This document shows, piece after piece, positions 1 through 7,998 of a stretch of 64,000 nt of DNA. The notes under the pieces are model-generated. The model searched no databases. It was not told where the DNA came from and worked only from the letters and a program-made list of their open reading frames with translations. Positions within the stretch are counted from its first letter, which is position 1, and each line of letters opens with the position of its first letter. A program made the position numbers and the translations under genes. The stretch comes from Planctomycetales bacterium (GTDB lineage Bacteria > 4484-113): contig JBBIRS010000008.1 in assembly GCA_037441675.1 (NCBI GenBank), positions 1 through 64,000 of the forward strand. The letters run 5' to 3'.

Positions 1-144
1 GACCTCCAAAGATGAATGTTCAGAAGATGCAAACCTCCCAACCCCAAACCCCGAAACTCCACGCAGTCCCACCTGACGGGCATAGCCCGTCGGAGTAATT
101 AAGTAACCAACACACAAACTGAAATCAGTGCTATTCTATTTCCT

Positions 145-549
145 ATGCGGGAAATTAGCATTCGGACGCATTCCAAAGAGGAGCTCCTAGATATAACACG
201 CGAGGTGGAAGGGGTTGTCCGCGAAAGTGGCGTGAGTGAAGGTGTCTGCCACATCTTCACGCTTCACACAACCGCGGGTCTCCTCATAAACGAAAACACT
301 GATCCTTCCGTGAAGTCTGACATTTTGATGGGCCTCAAACGAATCGTTCCCGATAATCTACCATACTCGCACGCGGAAGGCAACTCGCCCGCGCATATAA
401 AATCCACCCTCGTCGGGCATACCCTCACCATTCCCATTGACGGCGGTAGGCTTACACTGGGCACTTGGCAGGGAATAATGTTCGCAGAGTTTGACGGTCC
501 CCGCGTTAGGCGCGTGAATGTAACGATAATTGGTGGCAACAGAAATTGA
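145..549 (+). CDS. yjbQ: YjbQ/UPF0047 family protein (secondary thiamine-phosphate synthase enzyme)
   Basis: Family motifs HTTAGLLINEN.DP, HAEGNSPAHIKS, LGTWQGIMFAEFDGPR. Confidence 0.93.
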   Translation: MREISIRTHSKEELLDITREVEGVVRESGVSEGVCHIFTLHTTAGLLINENTDPSVKSDILMGLKRIVPDNLPYSHAEGNSPAHIKSTLVGHTLTIPIDGGRLTLGTWQGIMFAEFDGPRVRRVNVTIIGGNRN

Positions 550-550
550 G

Positions 551-1582
551 ATGACTAAGGCTGCAGACAATCCCTACGCTCGTCTCACGGAACTTCTGAA
601 GAAGAGACGTTCTCACAGGCTTGGCTTTAACGAGGTGCGCGAGCTTGTTGCGCTTCACGAGCGGGTTAGCGCTGATATGTCTCTTGCCCAGGAACGCGGG
701 CTACCTGAGGCGGACATTCTCCGTCCACTTGTCGTGGAATCCTTCAGTATTCTTTATGGCGAACGAGGCAGGGCATCTCGCTTGAATTTAAGAACCATTC
801 TCAAATTTATCAGCGATATGCCAGTGGTGGTTCGCCGTTTTTGGTTGCAGATTGCGCTGGTAACCGCCACTTTAATTCTTTCCGCATTCGGCGGAGCTTA
901 TGCGGTCATAGTATCAGACGAGGTTGCGCCTGTCGCAGTGCTGGGAGAGACCATCACAAGAAATTTTCAAGATGTGCTGTCGGAAGAGGGAGACTGGGCG
1001 CTCGCCGCATCAATTCCAACAGAAATGCGCCCCGCAGCAAGTGCCTTCATCATAGCCAACAACATCCGTCTTGCCATTTACGCCTTTGTTATCGGCATCT
1101 TCCTAGGATATTTCACCCTTGGCGTTAACTTTGTGAACGGCTATATGCTCGGATATATCACCTCTCTTTATTTAGATGCAGCAATAAAGAGCGGTAACTA
1201 TGAGTACATCTACTACTTCTTCGCAGGCATCCTGCCCCACGGAGTTCTAGAAATTCCCGCTATCATTCTTAGCTCCTCCGCAGGCGTTGCGATTGGTTTA
1301 TCCTGGTTAATGCCAGGAAAATTATCACGGATGGAGAACCTGCAAAAGACTGCGCGAGAAGCACTACCACTTTTGGTCCTTGCGGTAGCACTTCTTGTTA
1401 TCGCTGGGCTGATTGAAGCCTTTGTCACGCCGATAGGAAGCTCAATTGTCACTGAGCGCGAACTTTCAACCATCTCAGGTAGAATGCTAATCTACATCCC
1501 AAAAATTGTACTCTCAACTCTTACGTTTCTTGCCCTTGTCCTATGGCTATCCTTTGGGAACCGAACTGCTTCCTCCAAATGA
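551..1582 (+). CDS. Stage II sporulation protein M (SpoIIM)-like membrane protein
   Basis: IIANNIRLA, NGYMLG, ILPHGVLEIPAI and AGLIEAFVTP motifs; multiple TM helices; ATG 551 directly follows the yjbQ stop. Confidence 0.85.
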   Translation: MTKAADNPYARLTELLKKRRSHRLGFNEVRELVALHERVSADMSLAQERGLPEADILRPLVVESFSILYGERGRASRLNLRTILKFISDMPVVVRRFWLQIALVTATLILSAFGGAYAVIVSDEVAPVAVLGETITRNFQDVLSEEGDWALAASIPTEMRPAASAFIIANNIRLAIYAFVIGIFLGYFTLGVNFVNGYMLGYITSLYLDAAIKSGNYEYIYYFFAGILPHGVLEIPAIILSSSAGVAIGLSWLMPGKLSRMENLQKTAREALPLLVLAVALLVIAGLIEAFVTPIGSSIVTERELSTISGRMLIYIPKIVLSTLTFLALVLWLSFGNRTASSK

Positions 1583-1646
1583 ACTTAGCTTAATTTAATT
1601 CCGCTAAGCACGTACGTGAATTTTTGTTAATCCTCGTCTCTAAGAA

Positions 1647-2318
1647 CTAATCTTCTCCGCTTGCGCAGATGTCGATGGTGAACGCGGCTCTATCGGAATA
1701 GTCAAAAGACTGTTCGTGATCGTCGTAGGAATGCATCAAAGTACGGTAAACATTAAATCCATCATTTTTAGTTTCACTAAACTACTGGAGGTTGTTCAGG
1801 ACAACTGGGCTCTTACCATCTGCGCCCTTATTTGCGGTCATTCTCAAATGCGCGCCGGGCATTGATGCGTCTATCACATCACCATCCCTCAGGAGGGTGA
1901 TTGGCTTTTTTTCAACCGGAAGCACATTCCACTCCAACGGATAAATTTTGCTGAGAACTTTAATTGTTGCGTCCTCTTGTTCCTTCGTGGTTTTTTCGTC
2001 AAAGGCGAGAGTGAGCCATTTGCCCTGGAATGCGGAACCGTCACCTTCCAAGTTGCCTGCGAGCCAAACCCTGACACCGTCAATCTTCACATCACCGTAA
2101 TTACTAGAGTTCACATTGAAGATAGTGTTAAAGTCACACATTCCACCACGATCAGGCAAATGTTGGAAGTAGCAGGGGCAGAATTCTCTGCAACTGCAAT
2201 CTTCAACAAGGCTTGCGTCAACGCTCCAATTCTCCTCGTGAGCTGTGTCTGGAACGGATAGAAGTGAAATGATGAAGAGAGAAGTTCCTAGAAGCAGATA
2301 TTTATATTTGAGAGCCAT
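1647..2318 (-). pseudogene. Secreted DUF1326-family metal-binding protein interrupted by an in-frame TAG (1782-1784)
   Basis: Signal peptide; EDCSCREFCPC...C motif; the frame continues past the TAG as FSETKNDGFNVYRTLMHSYDDHEQSFDYSDRAAFTIDICASGED to TAG at 1647. Confidence 0.7.
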
Positions 2319-2518
2319 AATTATACTCCTTTTCTAAATTAAAATGCGATGCAATCACAATTTCACCACTTGGGTTAAATGTCAAGAAACGCTCGAGTTA
2401 GTTCCTTAAATGAGCCAATTTTTAAGCTCAAATTTCGGATAAAAAACCATAGTCGCACAGATGAGGCAAGAGGCGCATAAATGACGCCGTTGGCGCAAAA
2501 AGGTTAAAATATTTATGC

Positions 2519-2611
2519 GGAGGGGTGGCCGAGTGGTTTAAGGCGGCGGTCTTGAAAACCGTTGGGCGGGTAATCCTTGCCCCGGGGGTTCGAATCCCTC
2601 CCCCTCCGCCA
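2519..2611 (+). tRNA. tRNA-Ser(TGA)
   Basis: Acceptor GGAGGGG/CCCCTCC-G-CCA, anticodon arm GCGGT-CTTGAAA-ACCGT, long variable arm, GTTCGAATC T-loop. Confidence 0.97.
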
Positions 2612-2638
2612 TTTTTCAAAATTAGGATTTTGGGCGAT
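2606..2638 (+). repeat. 33-bp inverted repeat, left copy (tRNA-Ser 3' end plus flank)
   Basis: CCGCCATTTTTCAAAATTAGGATTTTGGGCGAT; 31/33 identical to the reverse complement of 3770-3802. Confidence 0.95.
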
Positions 2639-3673
2639 GATGAAGGCGTGTTAGAAAGTGATTGTGATGAATATTACAGAATTGTTGAAGCTGTAAATAG
2701 GCGAGCTGGAATTGGTACTATAAATTCCCTCAAGAAAAACTTCTTCGTTGACTTTGAAAGAATGGGGCTTCTGCGTCGCTTTAACAAAAAAGGCGAGCCA
2801 GTCGGGAATGGCAAAAGGAGCCCTGTTTATTATGCGCAATTAAGCGATGCCGCAATATCTCTCATCACAAGCACATCTATTGTAGAGAGGCATAAGATTT
2901 TTACTGACGCCCTAGATAGGTTGTTTGCAAATGAGCTTACGCATATTGCAGAAACATTGTATTACTGTAATTACAAAAATGACCCTATCAGTATATGGGA
3001 GTTTATGTTGATACTTTCCGATGACAGACCAAAATATCGCAAAGAAAAGATAAAATTAGTTGATTCATACAGAGAATTGAAATTGTGGCAACAAAAGAAT
3101 GCCATTGATTTAATCAAAAAATACTGCAATCCGAAAAATTTCCCTGGAAACAAAGCTACGCAAAGAGATTTTGGAAATTGGAAAAATGAAACGCAACAAA
3201 TCTTCACGCTACTTAAAAATACCGTCTATTTTGACATTACAAAAAGCAGTTTGCGGTTGAACACCGGAACTTACGGCATATTTAGCGAAACGCAAATAAA
3301 ACGCCGAAGTTTAGGTGCGAAGCATGAATATCTTGCAAATCATGGAATAAAGAAGAAAATCCCAACTTTTGAACTTGACCATATTGTTCCATTTTCGTCT
3401 GCCAGAAATAAAGAAGAGTTTAAGCTCGTTGATAACTGGCGAAATTTAGTATATTTGCGAAACGATAAGCATGAGCTAAAAACCAGAAATAAAGATAGGA
3501 ATGTTGTATTAACTGCGACAGAAGGAGAAATACATTTAGACGATTTTGACCACAAGAAAAGAATAAGTGCGCGGAACGGTGAGAGTGCAGTTTATGCTGG
3601 AAAATTGGCGGGGAATATGCAAAAATATAACAGAGAAATTTTGAAAGCGATCTTCGGATATACCGAAAACTAA
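2639..3673 (+). pseudogene. 5'-truncated MboII-like type IIS HNH restriction endonuclease
   Basis: IGTINSLKKNFFVDFERMGLL, RDFGNWKNETQQIF and FELDHIVP...DNWRNLVYL match my recollection of R.MboII-family blocks; no good start or RBS (the frame runs back through tRNA-Ser); AT-rich; no adjacent methyltransferase. Confidence 0.75.
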
Positions 3674-3769
3674 CCGCCACCAAAAAATCTTTCCTCTTGC
3701 GCGAGGGCGCCTCGGCAGTGGGTTCAAGTGTGGAATGCCGAGCCCGAGCGAAGCGAGGGCGAGGCAACA

Positions 3770-3802
3770 ATCGCCCAAAATCCAATTTTTGAAAAATGGC
3801 GG
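3770..3802 (-). repeat. 33-bp inverted repeat, right copy (tRNA-Asp 3' end plus flank)
   Basis: Minus strand reads CCGCCATTTTTCAAAAATTGGATTTTGGGCGAT. Confidence 0.95.
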
Positions 3803-3873
3803 GGATGACGGGATTCGAACCCGCGATCTCCTGCGTGACAGGCAGGTATGTTAGGCCTCTACACCACATCCCC
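3797..3873 (-). tRNA. tRNA-Asp(GTC)
   Basis: Minus strand GGGGATGTGGTGTAGAGGCCTAACATACCTGCCTGTCACGCAGGAGATCGCGGGTTCGAATCCCGTCATCCCCGCCA; anticodon GTC. Confidence 0.97.
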
Positions 3874-3882
3874 TTTACGCGT

Positions 3883-3914
3883 TTTTAAGTAGAACCTGAT
3901 TCTTCTACTTAAAA
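3883..3914. repeat. Perfect 12-bp inverted repeat (hairpin) just upstream of tRNA-Asp
   Basis: TTTTAAGTAGAA-N8-TTCTACTTAAAA. Confidence 0.7.
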
Positions 3915-3933
3915 CATCTTAGAGGGCAGAAAT

Positions 3934-3962
3934 ATTTTACCCTTCCCTGCCTAACTGCGCAA
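3934..3962 (-). promoter_or_regulatory. Sigma70-type promoter for tRNA-Asp
   Basis: TTGCGC-17 nt-TAAAAT on the minus strand. Confidence 0.55.
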
Positions 3963-4049
3963 GGCTATTTGCCAACGTTTCCAAGAATAAATTGTGAGTT
4001 TAAGTTAGTTGTGAATTGATGGACATCCCGTGATGAAAAAGTAAAAGAG

Positions 4050-7000
4050 TTAAGAATTTATGAGGTAGTGATATCCTATATAGCTAGCATCTCGCTCATC
4101 TATCACTAGGTCTTGGTTTGCATCTAGATGGGCTAAATACGAGGGATGTCCAAAGCTAACAAGAGTTCCATTCTCCTTGAGATAACTGTAGAGAAAATCA
4201 ATATCCGCAGAATCTACATTTCTATCGGAATTGAAATCTCCGGGAAGGGTTACCATAAATATTGGTATCTCTAATATCTCCGTGTAAGAGCCGTAGTGCG
4301 CTTTAACATTGATAGTGTATTTACCGTTTGGTAGCTGGGAGCCGGGAATAACCTGCCTTATCATTTCTTGCTCATTTTTCGTGAATAAGCGAAAGTGAAT
4401 ATCATCAGCTTCAGCAATCCATATTTCCAGCTCGTCCAGATTAGGTTGAGGGGGAAGGGTTACATAAAATGCGCCACCGAAGATATCCCACGCATTAGGG
4501 CTAAGAACACGAAAATCTTGCATTAAATCAATAATGGCTAGCTCCCGTGGAGACACCGCATACGCAGAGTCTATTAATACCCAGACCTTCCCAGAAACAG
4601 CACCGTATGGAACCTTAGCCCTAATGAGATTCTCGGTCCAAGATAAGATGTCATCGTCCTTGGCATAAACAGTTCCAATCCTACCAGGAAAGCTAAGGGA
4701 TAGTTCCGCACCTTCCTTGAAATTGTTAAACCCACTTCCAAAAACTGCTATTTCTCCTCCCCAAGAAGCGCTTGTGGGGGAAACCCCCGTAAGTACGTGA
4801 TTCTGAATGTGAACTCTTATATTCGTGATGCCATAGTCCCTATCATCTCCATCGCCATTATCATCAACATAATCGTTATCATAGGCAATTGCCTTTAAGG
4901 TATAGCTACCATTTGGGAAATCGGCTGTATTAAAATCGCTAATCCTGTATGGTGGTGAAGTCACCCTATCTAAGAACTTGTTGTCAAGATAGAACTCTAC
5001 ACTCTCAATATCATTAGATGGGTCTATAACGCTTGCTACTAAGCTTGAATCTCCACTAATATGGGCTTCGGGCAGGGGCGATGTGAATGAAACCACCGGA
5101 GGCGGAGTTGATACTGTGACCGAAAAATTGTCAATTCTCATTGAGTTTAGTGAGTTATATTCGCCACCTGCGACTTCAATCATCACTTTCATAACATTTC
5201 CATTAAATTGAGAAACATCAGTTTTGAAGTAGCCATCAAAGGTTTGAGGTAAGAGTGGGGTGATAATCATTCCATCCAAACCTATCAGTTTCAAATTAAC
5301 CAAAATTCCTTCCTCAAGATTCCACTTCCCGTAGAACCTGAGAACAGCTTTGGAAGGAGTTTCAATTGAGATGTTGGGGCTCAGTAACCAGTCCACGTCA
5401 TCAGAGGTAAAGAACGGATTAGGGCTAGAGGGGAGACCGAGAGCGAAGCTGTACTGAGATGAAGGGTATTGATGAACGTGCCAGAAAGCAGCGCCATTAA
5501 AATCCTGCCCAAGCCAACCGACAACGCTCTCTGAACTATCAAAATCGGAGAAGTATGGTGCGGTAAAAACGCGGGCATCCGAAACCACTATACTTGATTC
5601 CGCGAATGCCCGCTGATGGTGCTGGTCAAGCGCTTCAACAAAGAGCTCGTGTTCGCCCGGTAGAAAATCTGTAGTATCTATGGTGAAACCAGATTGAAGC
5701 ACACCATCAACATAAAGAAGCTTATAGAGCATTGGAGCTTCTCCGGAATACTCAGTTTCAATCCTTATAACTCCGGAGACCAAAGAATTATTAGATGGGC
5801 TAGTAATATTTATGGATGGCCCGCTTTTTGGAGCAGGCTCAAGGGAGGTTCTCGCATTTAATTTATAAAGAAATGGATGTCTCCATACATTGCTATCAGC
5901 AGGAGTACCAGAGGCTTCAACCCATCCACGATATTCATCTATTGAATAAGCATCGCCAAATTTTGATAATAATAAAGCGCAAACACCAGCCACCATCGGA
6001 GCAGAAGCGCTTGTTCCCTGCCTTTTACTATATCCACCCAAATAGGTGCTATAAATGAGCGATTGTTCATTTTCCACCCAAGAATCTCCACCAGGAGCAA
6101 CGACATCAACGGTGATTCCATAGTTGCTGTACCTAGAGCGATCCCCCCTAAAGTCTACTGCACCAACTGAAATAACTTCAGGATGGGCTGAAGGAAAATG
6201 CACCTCTGTGTCACTGTTATCGTTTCCCGCCGCCGCAACCATCATTACATTCTTACTGTGTGCGAACTTAATCGCCTCTCGCTCAACTTGGGAAACGATG
6301 TACTGCCCAAAACTCATATTTATGACCCTTGCACCCAGCTCGGCTGCAAAAACTATCGCTGTTGGAACATCACCTACTATCCTGCCTGCGTCATCGGATA
6401 TTTTTATCGGAAGAACCTTAACTCCGGGAGAAACACCAGCTACGCCAAGAGAATTATTCGCTACCGCCGAGATGAGACCTGCAACGAAAGTTCCATGCCC
6501 AAGGGTATCCATTGGGACTTTATCAAGCTCACCAAGGTCAAAGTCCTCCTCTGGGAAAATTTCATTTACCGGTAGAATATTCCCGATAAGGTCGGGGTGG
6601 GTAAGGTCAACTCCGGAGTCAATTACCGCAACCCAAACATTCTCCTCCCCTTGCTCAATATCCCAGGCGTCAAAACTATTTATAAAACCGTGGTGCCATT
6701 GATATACCAAGTCAGGATCATCCGGAATAAACTCAAACTTTCTGATCACTCTGTACTCCACGAGCTTGACAAAGGCTTCGTTGTCTAAGAGATTCTGCAT
6801 TATTTCCACCGCCGACTTCTCTGGCGCTATTCGGTATGAGGCAAAACTGAGCCCTTCTAGATGAACCTCAGTTCCTTCTAGCAATGACATTCTATACTTC
6901 GTCGCTATATGTCTTGCGTAAAGAGCCTGGTCTCTATCCTTTATTAACAAAGAGGATGGAATGTCCTCACTGATAATGCCACTATCCTGCTCGTCAAAAA

Positions 7001-7277
7001 CGCCTACATCTTTAAAGAGAATGGAAATTTCATTAGGGATGTAATCTTCATAGGAGACTAGCTGAGAAGTGTTCTGCCAAGTTGGTGCCCTATGAAGAAT
7101 CGGTTTGGAAGATGAAACTTCAGAAACTGCGGAGGCAGGCTGGAAATCCCTGTCAAATCTCTCTCCATTCAGAGGAAAGGTACCAGCTTGCTTCCCCCCT
7201 GTTCCGCACGCAGTCAATGCTACAGCTAGCACTAATAGCATTAACAAAGCTTTAAGCTTTCTAATCTCGCCCGTCAC
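4050..7277 (-). CDS. S8 (subtilisin-like) serine protease lipoprotein with Ig-like, IPT/TIG and C-terminal dockerin-like domains
   Basis: Lipobox LTAC; catalytic VAVIDSG, HGTFVAG, AAGND, GTSASAP; two Ca-loop repeats GDFNSDRNVDSADI and LDANQDLVIDERD at the C-terminus; start uncertain (GTG 7277). Confidence 0.9.
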   Translation of the reverse strand: MTGEIRKLKALLMLLVLAVALTACGTGGKQAGTFPLNGERFDRDFQPASAVSEVSSSKPILHRAPTWQNTSQLVSYEDYIPNEISILFKDVGVFDEQDSGIISEDIPSSLLIKDRDQALYARHIATKYRMSLLEGTEVHLEGLSFASYRIAPEKSAVEIMQNLLDNEAFVKLVEYRVIRKFEFIPDDPDLVYQWHHGFINSFDAWDIEQGEENVWVAVIDSGVDLTHPDLIGNILPVNEIFPEEDFDLGELDKVPMDTLGHGTFVAGLISAVANNSLGVAGVSPGVKVLPIKISDDAGRIVGDVPTAIVFAAELGARVINMSFGQYIVSQVEREAIKFAHSKNVMMVAAAGNDNSDTEVHFPSAHPEVISVGAVDFRGDRSRYSNYGITVDVVAPGGDSWVENEQSLIYSTYLGGYSKRQGTSASAPMVAGVCALLLSKFGDAYSIDEYRGWVEASGTPADSNVWRHPFLYKLNARTSLEPAPKSGPSINITSPSNNSLVSGVIRIETEYSGEAPMLYKLLYVDGVLQSGFTIDTTDFLPGEHELFVEALDQHHQRAFAESSIVVSDARVFTAPYFSDFDSSESVVGWLGQDFNGAAFWHVHQYPSSQYSFALGLPSSPNPFFTSDDVDWLLSPNISIETPSKAVLRFYGKWNLEEGILVNLKLIGLDGMIITPLLPQTFDGYFKTDVSQFNGNVMKVMIEVAGGEYNSLNSMRIDNFSVTVSTPPPVVSFTSPLPEAHISGDSSLVASVIDPSNDIESVEFYLDNKFLDRVTSPPYRISDFNTADFPNGSYTLKAIAYDNDYVDDNGDGDDRDYGITNIRVHIQNHVLTGVSPTSASWGGEIAVFGSGFNNFKEGAELSLSFPGRIGTVYAKDDDILSWTENLIRAKVPYGAVSGKVWVLIDSAYAVSPRELAIIDLMQDFRVLSPNAWDIFGGAFYVTLPPQPNLDELEIWIAEADDIHFRLFTKNEQEMIRQVIPGSQLPNGKYTINVKAHYGSYTEILEIPIFMVTLPGDFNSDRNVDSADIDFLYSYLKENGTLVSFGHPSYLAHLDANQDLVIDERDASYIGYHYLINS

Positions 7278-7608
7278 CTCAAAACAGCCCCAAGCGAAAT
7301 TGATACCTTTACACAAAATTATACCACCAAAAACTATAAAGTGCGATAACTTTATATCGATTTAGCCAAACTTTATGGAGAAATTGTTCTAGATATGAAA
7401 CAATCATCAAGTTACAGCATAAGCAAATATGATGAGTAGATAAGGCTCTAGAACTAACAAGGGAGGAAAGGAGGAAATTATAGCTTCTGTGGGTTTACTT
7501 TTCTTTATTTGGAGCTTAGAATTAGGCAAGAAATTGAATTATTAGTCTTGATAGAATTATTAGCCTTGATGCTAAAATTTCCAACATCCCCTTTAATGGA
7601 GAAAAAAA

Positions 7609-7974
7609 TTGAGCTCAATAATCCTCATAATTGCTGGACTTTTGATTGGAATAGTATCGGGAGTAGTTGGTTTAGGTGGCGGGTTTTTGGTAGTGCCATT
7701 TCTTCGATACATCCTCGGTTTTTCACAACATAAAGCCCAGGGAACAACCTTAGCTATGCTTCTTCCGCCCATTGGATTGTTAGGGGCGTATGCGTATTGG
7801 AAAGCCGGACAAATAGACCTAATAGTGGCAATTCTACTTGCCATTGGTTTCTTCTTTGGTGCATATCTTGGAGGGATTATCGCTAATCTTACTCTCATTA
7901 GCGATTTACTGCTTCAGAGAATCTTTGGCTTCTTCTTCCTGATTATCTCTTTGAGAATGCTCTTAGGAAAGTAG
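7609..7974 (+). CDS. Half-size TauE/SafE (TSUP) family membrane transporter
   Basis: SGVVGLGGGFLVVP and QHKAQGTTL motifs; 4 TM helices; GGAG RBS before TTG. Confidence 0.85.
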   Translation: MSSIILIIAGLLIGIVSGVVGLGGGFLVVPFLRYILGFSQHKAQGTTLAMLLPPIGLLGAYAYWKAGQIDLIVAILLAIGFFFGAYLGGIIANLTLISDLLLQRIFGFFFLIISLRMLLGK

Positions 7975-7998
7975 AGATGAATTCTGATTGAAGGGAAA

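Noticed and set aside
1..91. Possible 3' end of an upstream gene (stop at 74-76) with hairpin GACGGGC-ATA-GCCCGTC
   Set aside because: Too short to assign a product; the hairpin lacks a clear U tract
2519..2611. tRNA with TGA anticodon and long arm as tRNA-Sec or opal suppressor
   Set aside because: Anticodon TGA reads Ser UCA; Sec needs anticodon TCA and a longer acceptor stem
2525..2647. N-terminal 41 aa of the 382-aa ORF, and ORFs 2428-2619 and 3420-3869
   Set aside because: They are translations of tRNA-Ser and tRNA-Asp sequence, not real coding regions
3667..3800. Classical integron attC site after the nuclease gene
   Set aside because: No convincing RYYYAAC/GTTRRRY boxes closing one long hairpin, and no intI
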